Assembly: GCA_964416365.1 (NCBI GenBank)
Contig: CAYQDO010000001.1
Location: 4,050-68,049 of the forward strand
Direction of reading: 5' to 3'
From: an uncultured Muribaculaceae bacterium
Lineage (GTDB): Bacteria > Bacillota_I > Bacilli_A > RF39 > UBA660
Length of the DNA: 64,000 nt
Both the position numbers and the translations under genes were made by a program. Below, piece by piece: positions 17,890-26,943 of this stretch (the first letter of the stretch is position 1; each line of letters opens with the position of its first letter). The notes beneath the pieces were generated by a model that was not told the origin of the DNA, searched no databases, and was given only the letters and a program-made list of their open reading frames with translations.

Positions 17890-20382
17890 TTATAATTTAA
17901 AATCTTCAATAAAATCATCTATCGTAAATTCTTTAGGTTCTGTATCCTTAGGGTCTTCTTCAATGGATTTTTCTTCTTGTTCTTTTAAGATATATAATTC
18001 TTTTTGTATAAAGAATAATACTTCTTTTTTAGAAAGAACTGAACCGGTACTTATTAAATCCATGATAGGTATTTCACTATTTTTTATAAATTTAATTTCT
18101 TCATCTTCTCTAATACCAATTATGTCTTTACTGTTAGTTAAGTAAGCATTTTGAACAAAATAATTAGTTGTCTTAACTTTTTTAAGTAAAGTGGTTCCTC
18201 TTTTAGCACGAGAAGAAATATTTAATTCACTGATTTTAATTCTCTTACCAGTGGATTTATTAGTAAAGATATTTAAATATTCATCACTGCTGTAACAATC
18301 TCCGACAATAACTTCATCATCTTTTAAATTAATACCTTTAACTCCACTAGCTTTAGCACCTAATACGGGAATTTCTTCAGTTTTATAATTTAAATAATAA
18401 CCTGTTTTAGTCACAATCAAAGTATTTGGTTTTGAAATAACAACATTAACTACTTGATCACTTTCTTTTAATTTAATTGCTGTATAAACCTTGGAATATC
18501 TACTTACAATGAAGTCCTCTAAATTAGTGCGTTTAACCATACCATCTTTGGTAAAAATAGTAACGTCGGAATTGTCAGCATTTTCAGTAACTACATAAGC
18601 AGCTACTACTTTATCATCAGGATTCATAGTTACAATATTACTAACATGAAGCCCTAAATCTTTCCAACGACAACTAGGTATTTCATGAATTGGTAAATAT
18701 AAGTAATTCCCTAATGAAGTAAAGATAGCTAGTTTATTTATAGTATTAGTTTGCAAATAACTTATGACATAATCACCAGGTTTTAGAGCAGTCTCTTCCT
18801 CACTGGCCGCATAAGATTTTTTACTTACGCGTTTTAAATATCCGTCATTTGTTAATACTAAAATAACATCTTCTTTTGTTATTAAATCCGTTTCGTCAAT
18901 TTTTATTTCTTCATAAGTTGCACTGATTGCTGTACGACGAGGAACAGCATATTCTTTCTTAATATTTCTTAATTCCATTTTAATAACACTATTTAATTTA
19001 TCGGGAGTAGAAAGAATTGATTCTAGTAATTCAATCGTTTTTCTTAAATTCTCTAATTTTTCTTCTAAAATCGTAATATCCGTATTAGTTAAACGATATA
19101 ATTGGAGCATTACTATAGCAGTTGCTTGTTCTTCGGTAAATGCATATTTTTTAACTAAATTCCCAATCGCATCGGTTTTATTTTTGCTTGCTCTGATTGT
19201 AGCAATTACTTCATCAAGGATACTAATAGCTTTAACCAAGCCTTCGGTAATATGCATTTCTTTTTTAGCAAAAGCTAAATCAAATTCTGTACTTTTGGTA
19301 ACAATTTCTTTTTGATGAGCAATATAGGCATCAATAATTGGAAGTAAACCAAGTAATTTAGGACGACGATTAACTATAACTGTCATATTATAATTATAAT
19401 TGGCTTGTAAACCTGTATTCTTTAATAAATAATTAATGATTAAATCTTTATCTACACCTTGTTTTAAATCAATAACAATTCTTAAATTAGCATCTTTATC
19501 TGATTCATCACGAACTTCGGCAATACCATCTAATTTTTTATCAATTCTAATTTCATCTATTTGTTTGATAAGTACAGCCTTATTAACCTCAAATGGAATT
19601 TCCGAAATAATAATTTGATCTTTACCTTTGTTTTTAGCAAATTCATAACGTGATCTGATAACAATTTTACCTTTCCCTTTGGTAAAAGCGTCTCTAATAC
19701 CATCAGTTCCTTGAATAATACCACCAGTTGGAAAATCCGGACCTTTTACAGTATCCAAAATTGTATCTAAATAAGAGTTAGGACTTTCTATTCTTTTAAT
19801 TACCGCATCGATTACTTCTCCTAAATTGTGGGTAGGTATATTAGTAGCATAACCAGCACTTATACCACTTGAACCATTAACTAGAAGATTAGGAAACTTA
19901 GCAGGAAGAACCGTTGGCTCTAGTAATGTATCCGAATAATTTGGAACCATTATAACTGTATCTTTATCAATATCTTTTAATAATTCTTCTGATATTTTAG
20001 CTAGTCTTGTTTCAGTATAACGATAGGCCGCGGGTGAATCACCATCTATTGACCCATTATTACCATCTACTTCAATCAAAATATGACTTTGCTTCCAGCT
20101 TTGACTCATTCTAATTAAAGCATCATATACTGAAGAATCGCCATGAGGATGATATTTACCTAAAACATTACCAACTGCATTGGCACATTTTTTAAACTGT
20201 TTATCGAAGGTATTCTTATCTTTATACATTGCATATATTATTCTTCTTTGCACGGGTTTTAATCCATCTCTAACATCTGGTATAGCCCTATCTTGAATAA
20301 TATATTTAGAATAACGAGCAAATCTTTCACTCATTATTTCTTCTAAACTGTAATCGTGAATCTTCTTAAGTACTTCTTTCAC
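17890..20382 (-). CDS. parC: type IIA topoisomerase subunit A (ParC-like; GyrA not excluded)
   Basis: 830 aa with RYSKYIIQDRAIPDVRDGLKPVQRRI, AAYRYTETRLAKIS and the active-site Tyr region. No GyrA-box (QRRGGKG) was recognised and no B-subunit gene is adjacent. Confidence 0.7.
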   Translation of the reverse strand: MKEVLKKIHDYSLEEIMSERFARYSKYIIQDRAIPDVRDGLKPVQRRIIYAMYKDKNTFDKQFKKCANAVGNVLGKYHPHGDSSVYDALIRMSQSWKQSHILIEVDGNNGSIDGDSPAAYRYTETRLAKISEELLKDIDKDTVIMVPNYSDTLLEPTVLPAKFPNLLVNGSSGISAGYATNIPTHNLGEVIDAVIKRIESPNSYLDTILDTVKGPDFPTGGIIQGTDGIRDAFTKGKGKIVIRSRYEFAKNKGKDQIIISEIPFEVNKAVLIKQIDEIRIDKKLDGIAEVRDESDKDANLRIVIDLKQGVDKDLIINYLLKNTGLQANYNYNMTVIVNRRPKLLGLLPIIDAYIAHQKEIVTKSTEFDLAFAKKEMHITEGLVKAISILDEVIATIRASKNKTDAIGNLVKKYAFTEEQATAIVMLQLYRLTNTDITILEEKLENLRKTIELLESILSTPDKLNSVIKMELRNIKKEYAVPRRTAISATYEEIKIDETDLITKEDVILVLTNDGYLKRVSKKSYAASEEETALKPGDYVISYLQTNTINKLAIFTSLGNYLYLPIHEIPSCRWKDLGLHVSNIVTMNPDDKVVAAYVVTENADNSDVTIFTKDGMVKRTNLEDFIVSRYSKVYTAIKLKESDQVVNVVISKPNTLIVTKTGYYLNYKTEEIPVLGAKASGVKGINLKDDEVIVGDCYSSDEYLNIFTNKSTGKRIKISELNISSRAKRGTTLLKKVKTTNYFVQNAYLTNSKDIIGIREDEEIKFIKNSEIPIMDLISTGSVLSKKEVLFFIQKELYILKEQEEKSIEEDPKDTEPKEFTIDDFIEDFKL

Positions 20383-20404
20383 TGTCTATCACCTATTAAA
20401 AGTA

Positions 20405-20450
20405 TATCATAAAAGTTAAAAAAAGTAAGTATTACTCAGCGTAAACACTT
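20405..20450 (-). terminator. rho-independent terminator after rpmA
   Basis: On the minus strand, AGTAAGTG...TACTTACT forms the hairpin, followed by TTTTTTT. Confidence 0.5.
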
Positions 20451-20716
20451 ACTTTTTTCTTATCTTTACCAAATTTTTCATATCTTACTGTGCCATCAAT
20501 TTTAGCAAATAAAGTATGATCTTTACCCATTCCAACGTTTGTTCCAGGATAGATCTTTGTACCTCTTTGACGATAGATGATAGCTCCTGCTGTAGCAGTT
20601 TGACCATCGGCTAATTTAGCACCTAATCTACGTCCAATAGAGTCTCGGTTATTTTGAGTAGATGATTGTCCCTTTTTTTGAGCAAAACGTTGAATATTTA
20701 ATTTTATAAATAACAT
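20432..20716 (-). CDS. rpmA: 50S ribosomal protein L27 with the Firmicute N-terminal propeptide
   Basis: [20 protein letters not shown]...GRRLG. The N-terminal extension before FAQKKG is the Prp-cleaved propeptide. Confidence 0.9.
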   Translation of the reverse strand: MLFIKLNIQRFAQKKGQSSTQNNRDSIGRRLGAKLADGQTATAGAIIYRQRGTKIYPGTNVGMGKDHTLFAKIDGTVRYEKFGKDKKKVSVYAE

Positions 20717-20719
20717 TAA

Positions 20720-21040
20720 TTATTCCTCACTCTCTACTTTGATATTTTTAGGATAATCTTCAGCTAAGTTTTTAAGCAAACTGATAAGATTATTAAACAA
20801 TTTATTTAAAAGTTCATTTTCTTTAATGATTTCGATTATTAACTCTTGACCATTATCGGTATAAACAACTGATTTATTATCCACAACGTACATATCATTT
20901 ACGCTTGTCGTAACTATTGATGAAACACTGGCACAGACAATATCTTTACCATAATCATCAAAATTAGCATGTCCACTAATCATAATTCTATTATTAGAAT
21001 ATTTGACTCTAATCATATTATCCAACAATCTTTTTAACAA
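20720..21040 (-). CDS. prp: ribosomal-processing cysteine protease Prp (YsxB)
   Basis: [20 protein letters not shown] is the His/Cys dyad motif. Gene lies between rplU and rpmA. Confidence 0.8.
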   Translation of the reverse strand: MLKRLLDNMIRVKYSNNRIMISGHANFDDYGKDIVCASVSSIVTTSVNDMYVVDNKSVVYTDNGQELIIEIIKENELLNKLFNNLISLLKNLAEDYPKNIKVESEE

Positions 21041-21317
21041 TTAACTTAGTATATGGTTGTCTATGACCTTGAGTACGACGATATTTTTTCTTTGGTTTAT
21101 ACTTGAAAACAATAATCTTTTTTTGTTTACCAGTCTTAACTACTTCACATGTAACTTTAGCACCATTTACATATGGTGTTCCAGTTTTTTCTCCTACTGA
21201 TAATACTTCAGTAAAATCAACTGATTTTCCTGGCTCAATATCTAATTTTTCTACGTAGATTTCATCGCCTTCAGCTACATAATATTGTTTTCCACCTGTT
21301 ATAAATACAGCTTTCAT
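21018..21317 (-). CDS. rplU: 50S ribosomal protein L21
   Basis: [25 protein letters not shown]. Confidence 0.9.
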   Translation of the reverse strand: MKAVFITGGKQYYVAEGDEIYVEKLDIEPGKSVDFTEVLSVGEKTGTPYVNGAKVTCEVVKTGKQKKIIVFKYKPKKKYRRTQGHRQPYTKLIVKKIVG

Positions 21318-21455
21318 TAATCTAATTCCTCCTCCTTATCAATGAAGACTCGCCCGAAAGGTGGGATATCATCCTCTTGTACCTCTTTAGTGCGGTTTAT
21401 AAATTAATTACAAACATAAGAATATTATCAAAAAAAATGGGTAAAGTCAAGAAAA
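21318..21455 (-). promoter_or_regulatory. possible rplU leader element (GC-richer structured segment)
   Basis: A locally GC-rich stretch (gaagactcgcccgaaaggtgggatatcatcctcttg) lies upstream of rplU, where Firmicutes carry an L21 leader. The structure was not verified. Confidence 0.2.
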
Positions 21456-22193
21456 TCACCTATTATAATAGGCTTTTAAAAACTTTCCCTCACTTTGATT
21501 TTTAATAAAATTAAAGCGATTTTTAAAAATATCGACAATTCTCTTTATATACTTTGTTTTGATATAACTATTATTACTTAAATACCTATTAAGAAGAAAC
21601 TGATTAAAGACATACTTATGATTTCTTATTTCTTCATATGTTTTATAAAGAAGAAAGATAATTATTAGATAAGAATTCAAACCATTAAAAGAAAGGTAAA
21701 TTACAAAGATAATTATACCCAAAATACTGATTAAATTAGTTAACTTTAAAGCTTTTTTATAACTAATAAGATTTTCTAAAAAGCATAATAGCACTTTAGA
21801 TCCATCTAAAGGAATAATAGGAAGTAAATTAAATAAGATAATCATCTGGTTATAATTCAGAAAAATATTATAACTAATATCATTAATGAAATACATATTC
21901 AAGACTTTAAAAATGGGAAACAATAACATCTGAAAAATAACTCCTGCCAAGCTAATAATTAGTGTTTCTTTAGTTGTGCTGTTAGAATTCATATTACTAT
22001 TAATCATACTTCCGAAAGGCAAAATAGTTATATTATATATTTGATATTTATAAAATTTTAAGAAGATAATATGTCCTAAATCATGAATTAATAAAATTAA
22101 ACTAATAATTAGAAAGTAATTAAAATAACCGGAAAATAAAACACTTATTAATATTAAATAAGTGATAGGATGGATTTTAAATGAATTCTTCAA
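21456..22193 (-). CDS. site-2 protease-like membrane metalloprotease (peptidase M50, SpoIVFB-like)
   Basis: Polytopic protein with an HDLGH motif in a TM segment (a variant of HExGH). Positioned as spoIVFB is, upstream of rplU. Confidence 0.5.
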   Translation of the reverse strand: MKNSFKIHPITYLILISVLFSGYFNYFLIISLILLIHDLGHIIFLKFYKYQIYNITILPFGSMINSNMNSNSTTKETLIISLAGVIFQMLLFPIFKVLNMYFINDISYNIFLNYNQMIILFNLLPIIPLDGSKVLLCFLENLISYKKALKLTNLISILGIIIFVIYLSFNGLNSYLIIIFLLYKTYEEIRNHKYVFNQFLLNRYLSNNSYIKTKYIKRIVDIFKNRFNFIKNQSEGKFLKAYYNR

Positions 22194-22719
22194 AATCTAG
22201 TATTTCCCCATTTTTCATAAACAAGACATACAATTTATTTTCTTTGGCATTAGCTATAACAGTGTTTGCTTCTATATAATCATAAAGTTTTATATTTATA
22301 TCTTCGACATTACCATACCAATAATCAATACCATCCATCCCCTGAATAATAATAGTATTGCCATAGTTTTCTTTTTCACCAATATAAACTACTATACCAC
22401 TTTTAAATGGTGAAACCGTTGTTACTCCATTTAATAAAGCTCCATCAAGATAAGTATTTGCTTCAGTGTATTGCATTTCAGATTTGTTAACCACTAATTC
22501 GTCAGCTTTTGGTAAAACTTTACCAAAATATTTATTATATAATTTGGTAAAACCACTGAAATTAAAAGTTTTGTCATAAAAATGTTTTTTAAAATACAAA
22601 AGATTTTTATCGCTATAATTAACAAAAATAGATAACACTAAAAACAAAATAATACTAAGTAAGACTCTAATAAAAAGCGATTTAATATATTTTCTTTGAT
22701 TATTATTCATCGATTTCAC
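22177..22719 (-). CDS. degenerate M23/LytM-domain protein (SpoIVFA-like position)
   Basis: N-terminal TM, and a C-terminal M23-like beta-fold (SGIVVYIGEKENYGNTIIIQGMDGIDYWYGNV) without the catalytic His residues. Confidence 0.4.
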   Translation of the reverse strand: MKSMNNNQRKYIKSLFIRVLLSIILFLVLSIFVNYSDKNLLYFKKHFYDKTFNFSGFTKLYNKYFGKVLPKADELVVNKSEMQYTEANTYLDGALLNGVTTVSPFKSGIVVYIGEKENYGNTIIIQGMDGIDYWYGNVEDINIKLYDYIEANTVIANAKENKLYVLFMKNGEILDFEEFI

Positions 22720-23098
22720 CTATTAAATTATATTTACTAAGCAAATATTTAAGACCTACAACATATATAATTAAATTTAATATAAAATTCTCAATTAAAT
22801 AATGCCATATATAACTACTTAATCCATTATAAATTCCATATATAAGCAAACCAAATATAAAATAATATATTACTAAGAGAAATAACAAAGTAAATGTGGT
22901 TTCCTTTATATATTTAAAAATTACAATTCTAATTATATAAAGCAAAATAAGAATTATAGTGATTATGGGTATTTTATTTAAAACAATATCTATTATTAAA
23001 ATTAAATATAGTTTCTGATCAGTTAAATAGATAGTATTTAATAATATAGAAGTCACAAATAAATTGGTACTATTAATAATTAAAAAATCTAATATCAT
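22703..23098 (-). CDS. mreD: rod shape-determining protein MreD-like
   Basis: 131 aa, entirely hydrophobic, immediately downstream of the mreC-like gene. Confidence 0.45.
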   Translation of the reverse strand: MILDFLIINSTNLFVTSILLNTIYLTDQKLYLILIIDIVLNKIPIITIILILLYIIRIVIFKYIKETTFTLLFLLVIYYFIFGLLIYGIYNGLSSYIWHYLIENFILNLIIYVVGLKYLLSKYNLIGEIDE

Positions 23099-23718
23099 AT
23101 TTGCCTGCTTAAAACAGCAATATAATTTAAGTTATATAAATTAACTGGTCTGATTGTTAAATAGCTATCCAAGATATCATATTTTATTTTAATAACTTTA
23201 CCGATGTAAGTTCCATACAAACTATGCACGAGATCATTAATTTTAATATTATTATAATTAGATATTTCTTTTACCACTATATTATTTTCTTCATCATGTC
23301 CAGCTATCTTGCCCGTCTCGTCATTAATGCGAACAATTAAGTTGGTATTATAAATAAACTTAATTTCACTAGTATTTTGATTTAATTTAGTTATTATTCC
23401 TACCAACCCTTCATCATTAATAACTTCATCTCCTAAATTATAATTACTGCCACTAATAACTAAATTATTAAAACCATAACTATTTTTAATAACATTAGTA
23501 ATGATATATTGATTATTTATTTTAATATTGTTTTTAAAATCTAATAATTCTTGGTATTCATTTAACAGATATACTTTTTCATTTTTTAAAAGTTTAATTT
23601 CCAAATTATTATTTCTGATAAAAAGTATCTGGTTAAAATTATTAATAATATTTAAAATAGTGCTGCGAAAGATAATTGCTAAAATAAGTATTAAATAAAT
23701 TAAATAATTATGTTTCAC
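23095..23718 (-). CDS. mreC: rod shape-determining protein MreC
   Basis: N-terminal TM, a coiled-coil segment, then beta domains with EGLVGIITKL. No mreB is adjacent in the window. Confidence 0.6.
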   Translation of the reverse strand: MKHNYLIYLILILAIIFRSTILNIINNFNQILFIRNNNLEIKLLKNEKVYLLNEYQELLDFKNNIKINNQYIITNVIKNSYGFNNLVISGSNYNLGDEVINDEGLVGIITKLNQNTSEIKFIYNTNLIVRINDETGKIAGHDEENNIVVKEISNYNNIKINDLVHSLYGTYIGKVIKIKYDILDSYLTIRPVNLYNLNYIAVLSRQI

Positions 23719-24391
23719 TAGTCGTCATCTCTTTAAAAAAACTATAGTATTCTTTACCATTAGTAATAAGATGATCAAGAAGCGGAATACCAATTATATT
23801 ACCGATCGTAATCATACTATTAGTAAATTCCTTATCTTCTGAGGAAGGGTTTACAATCCCAGATGGATGATTATGCATAATAATTAAAGCATCTGCTTTT
23901 TCTTTAATAGCATAGTTATAAATTTCTTTGGGGGATGCAAGGGAACTATTTTTAGTACCTTTATACATAATTTCATAATTAATTAATCTTTTTTTATGAT
24001 CAAGCAATATAACAATCATTTCTTCCTGCGCTTTATGACCGATCAAATAGGAAAAATATTTATGAACTAAATCGGTATTATTTATCAAAATTCTTTCGTT
24101 TATTTCTTTATTAGCAACTCGCTTGCCTAATTCAATAGCAGCCAGCAGAGTTACTGCCTTAACCTCTCCAACCCCTTTTATTTCAGTTAACTCTCTAACT
24201 GATAAATCATCTAAATTATTGATCGATTTAATTTTAGTTAAAATTAAGTTACTTAAATTCTTAACATTATGATTTTTAGTACCTGTTCTTAAAATAATTG
24301 CTAATAAATCTTCATTACTTAAATTATCTGGACCATATTTTAATAATCTTTCTCTAGGTTTTTCGTTATTAGGTAAATCTTTAATGTTCAT
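23708..24391 (-). CDS. radC: RadC-like JAB-domain protein (UPF0758)
   Basis: A helix-hairpin-helix region, then IIMHNHPSG (JAMM motif). Confidence 0.8.
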   Translation of the reverse strand: MNIKDLPNNEKPRERLLKYGPDNLSNEDLLAIILRTGTKNHNVKNLSNLILTKIKSINNLDDLSVRELTEIKGVGEVKAVTLLAAIELGKRVANKEINERILINNTDLVHKYFSYLIGHKAQEEMIVILLDHKKRLINYEIMYKGTKNSSLASPKEIYNYAIKEKADALIIMHNHPSGIVNPSSEDKEFTNSMITIGNIIGIPLLDHLITNGKEYYSFFKEMTTSET

Positions 24392-24400
24392 TTAACCTCC

Positions 24401-24826
24401 TTAATAGCTTGACATTATTAAATTATTAAGACTAATTAAAACTTTTTCTGAACCATTAAGCATAGCTTCTTCGTATTCTATTAAAGCTTTAATTAGAGCT
24501 TCATCATTAATTGTAATATTTCTCATATAGTAATTAATATTTTGGGTAGTTAAATATTTTTCCATTTTACTAATAACTTTATCATTGGTTAAAATACTAT
24601 AATAAACCCGATAGACATCCTCATCTGTAACTATGATTGAATCTTCATATTTTTCCTTTAATTTTTTAGCTCCATCTTCGTTATTAAAAACACCTATTTG
24701 AAATGCTTTGGCATTTATAGTATTAGCAAAAACTTCTTTCAAATCAAAATCAGCATCTTGAAATAAAAGATAACCAAAAGATACACCTAATATTAAAGAT
24801 AGTAAATATGGGATAATTCTTTTCAT
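24401..24826 (-). CDS. secreted hypothetical protein
   Basis: 141 aa with a signal peptide. Confidence 0.4.
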   Translation of the reverse strand: MKRIIPYLLSLILGVSFGYLLFQDADFDLKEVFANTINAKAFQIGVFNNEDGAKKLKEKYEDSIIVTDEDVYRVYYSILTNDKVISKMEKYLTTQNINYYMRNITINDEALIKALIEYEEAMLNGSEKVLISLNNLIMSSY

Positions 24827-24926
24827 GCTATCACCAAATTTATTATATTCTTAAATTATGTCAAATAATGTCTGTTTATGTTTTTCATAATAACTTATTA
24901 TAAATAATAATATTCTTTCCTTTAAA

Positions 24927-24958
24927 ATAAAAAAAAGTAGAATTTCTTCTACTTTAAT
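24927..24958 (-). terminator. rho-independent terminator after the pilin / beta-propeller / micro-peptide operon
   Basis: On the minus strand, AAAGTAGAAGAAATTCTACTTT is followed by TTTTTTTATTTT. Confidence 0.6.
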
Positions 24959-24959
24959 T

Positions 24960-25079
24960 TTAAAACATTACAACGTTATAGATTAAATATGCAATTAATA
25001 TACCTACTATAATCGTAATAACTGTAACACCAAGGGCGAAAACAGTTTGTTTTCTCTGTCTTTTTTCTATTTCATCCAT
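24960..25079 (-). CDS. small membrane peptide (39 aa) coupled to the upstream gene
   Basis: The ATG sits 3 nt after the stop of the 25082..26932 gene. Translation: MDEIEKRQRKQTVFALGVTVITIIVGILIAYLIYNVVMF. Confidence 0.35.
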   Translation of the reverse strand: MDEIEKRQRKQTVFALGVTVITIIVGILIAYLIYNVVMF

Positions 25080-25081
25080 TA

Positions 25082-26932
25082 TTAGTTATTTATATAATAT
25101 CCTGTATTATATAAATTGCCCTCCCACTCAATTAGAATTAAATTTTTTCCAGTACCTTTCTTTAAATTAACAGAACAATCATTTACTTCGTAAACATAAC
25201 CTTTACCATATTCATCAAGTAAGACAACATTATAATCTTCTTCATAGAACATGATTTTTAATTTATTACCGGATAATTCAAACGGAATTGAGTATAAAAT
25301 AGCCTTTTCAAATTTAGCGGCATAATCTGTTTCTGTATAAGAATCACTTAATTGCTCTGCTGAGAAGCTATTCGGCATTACTTTTTCAAAAGTGTAATCT
25401 TCATCAAATATTGGCATTTTACTTACATAGTTGTAAGTATTAGAAACAGTCATTTTAAATATTTCTTCATCACCTTTTAAAGTAATGATTGTTGAATAGA
25501 AGTCACCTTCATCACTTAAAATGCATTCACTCATATCTGTATGGAATCCTCTGAAATCACGACCAAACATAATAGTTTTTTCATTTTCTTTAGTATAATA
25601 ATCACCAAAAGTGAAACTAAAGAAATTATCTCCATAACGCCAATCTTCAATAATAGTTTTTTTACTAGAATCTATTGTATAATCATTAGCAGTAGATTTT
25701 AAATCAGCTGCTTTAGCGCAAGACCAAGTATTTGTTAAATCCCAACCATTATTCATTAAAGTTAATTTATTATTATTTAATTTAGCATTGAAATTTCCTT
25801 TTGGATAAACAAAATTAGCATCAGTTGATTTTAATAAATATTTATTAAATTTTGCTGAATAGTAATCTGGATTAGCTAAAATCCAATTAATTTTACCATT
25901 CAAATCCATATTAATTAAAGTACTGGAATAATAAATTCCTACTAAAACACTCTCACTTGATTCATCGTAATATAAAGCATTAATATATCCAAAATTATCT
26001 TTTACACTATTCATATGAGCAGAATCTATTTCTGATAACATCGCAAATATATCATATGTCTTTTCTACTTCACCAGTTTTTAGATTGAACTGTATAACCT
26101 TTTCATCTGCTGTAGAATATAAAATTTTATTATTTGGAATTTCTGTATAATTATGAAAATATGGATTTGCTAGTTCATATGAGTTATACACTTTTCCTAA
26201 TAAATCAATTTCCAATAAACCTAAAGCTTTATCTTCCAATGCTTCTGGACTAGCAAGTAATAAATGACCATTTTCTAATCTAGTTAATTGTTTATACACT
26301 TGATTAGTTAATAACCATCTTATTTCACCTTTTTGATCAAAAGCAGCAGCAGTGTGCCCAACTGGTGTTGAAAGGAAGTAAAAATCATTGTCGTTTGCAT
26401 CTAATTTACTAGTAATAATTTCAATATCCGGAAAATAAATTGAATTATATAAACTTGGACTTTCTATCGGAATACTAATCGTGTTATTAGTTCCATCATT
26501 TAATTCTAATATAATTTGATTATTATAGTCCATATATAAACCATAAATAGGAATGTAATGAACAGTTTGTTCTTTAGTATAATAAATCAAATCTTTTCCT
26601 TCGTCTTTACCTTTAACAGTTATTTTAACATTTGTTTTAGTAGACGTTTTAAATCCTACTAACGCAGTAAGCGGAGATATCTCATAAGGATTAACAACAA
26701 TAAGTGGATTAGATATTGTATAATCGCCATTTTCTATTTTAGTTAGAAATTCTGTATCCATATCATCTTGATTAGAAACTAGATTAATATTATTTTTTAA
26801 TAAGTTGTATTCATCAAAGGAATATAGTTTTTCTTTTTGTGAAATTACCTTGTCTTTGAAAATAAAAGCTAAAATGACAGTTATTAAAATAAGAACAACG
26901 GTAACTAGTATCACTAAATTCTTTCTCTTCAT
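25082..26932 (-). CDS. membrane-anchored beta-propeller-like protein, possibly arylsulfotransferase (ASST) family
   Basis: 616 aa, N-terminal signal anchor, repeated beta-rich units and an AHMNSV motif reminiscent of the ASST active-site His. Family assignment is tentative. Confidence 0.35.
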   Translation of the reverse strand: MKRKNLVILVTVVLILITVILAFIFKDKVISQKEKLYSFDEYNLLKNNINLVSNQDDMDTEFLTKIENGDYTISNPLIVVNPYEISPLTALVGFKTSTKTNVKITVKGKDEGKDLIYYTKEQTVHYIPIYGLYMDYNNQIILELNDGTNNTISIPIESPSLYNSIYFPDIEIITSKLDANDNDFYFLSTPVGHTAAAFDQKGEIRWLLTNQVYKQLTRLENGHLLLASPEALEDKALGLLEIDLLGKVYNSYELANPYFHNYTEIPNNKILYSTADEKVIQFNLKTGEVEKTYDIFAMLSEIDSAHMNSVKDNFGYINALYYDESSESVLVGIYYSSTLINMDLNGKINWILANPDYYSAKFNKYLLKSTDANFVYPKGNFNAKLNNNKLTLMNNGWDLTNTWSCAKAADLKSTANDYTIDSSKKTIIEDWRYGDNFFSFTFGDYYTKENEKTIMFGRDFRGFHTDMSECILSDEGDFYSTIITLKGDEEIFKMTVSNTYNYVSKMPIFDEDYTFEKVMPNSFSAEQLSDSYTETDYAAKFEKAILYSIPFELSGNKLKIMFYEEDYNVVLLDEYGKGYVYEVNDCSVNLKKGTGKNLILIEWEGNLYNTGYYINN

Positions 26933-26943
26933 TTTTTCACCCC

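Noticed and set aside
17890-20382. Interpreting absence of mycoplasma-type TGA=Trp recoding
   Set aside because: Long conserved ORFs are intact under the standard code, and at least one small ORF uses TGA as a stop. There is no evidence for genetic code 4.
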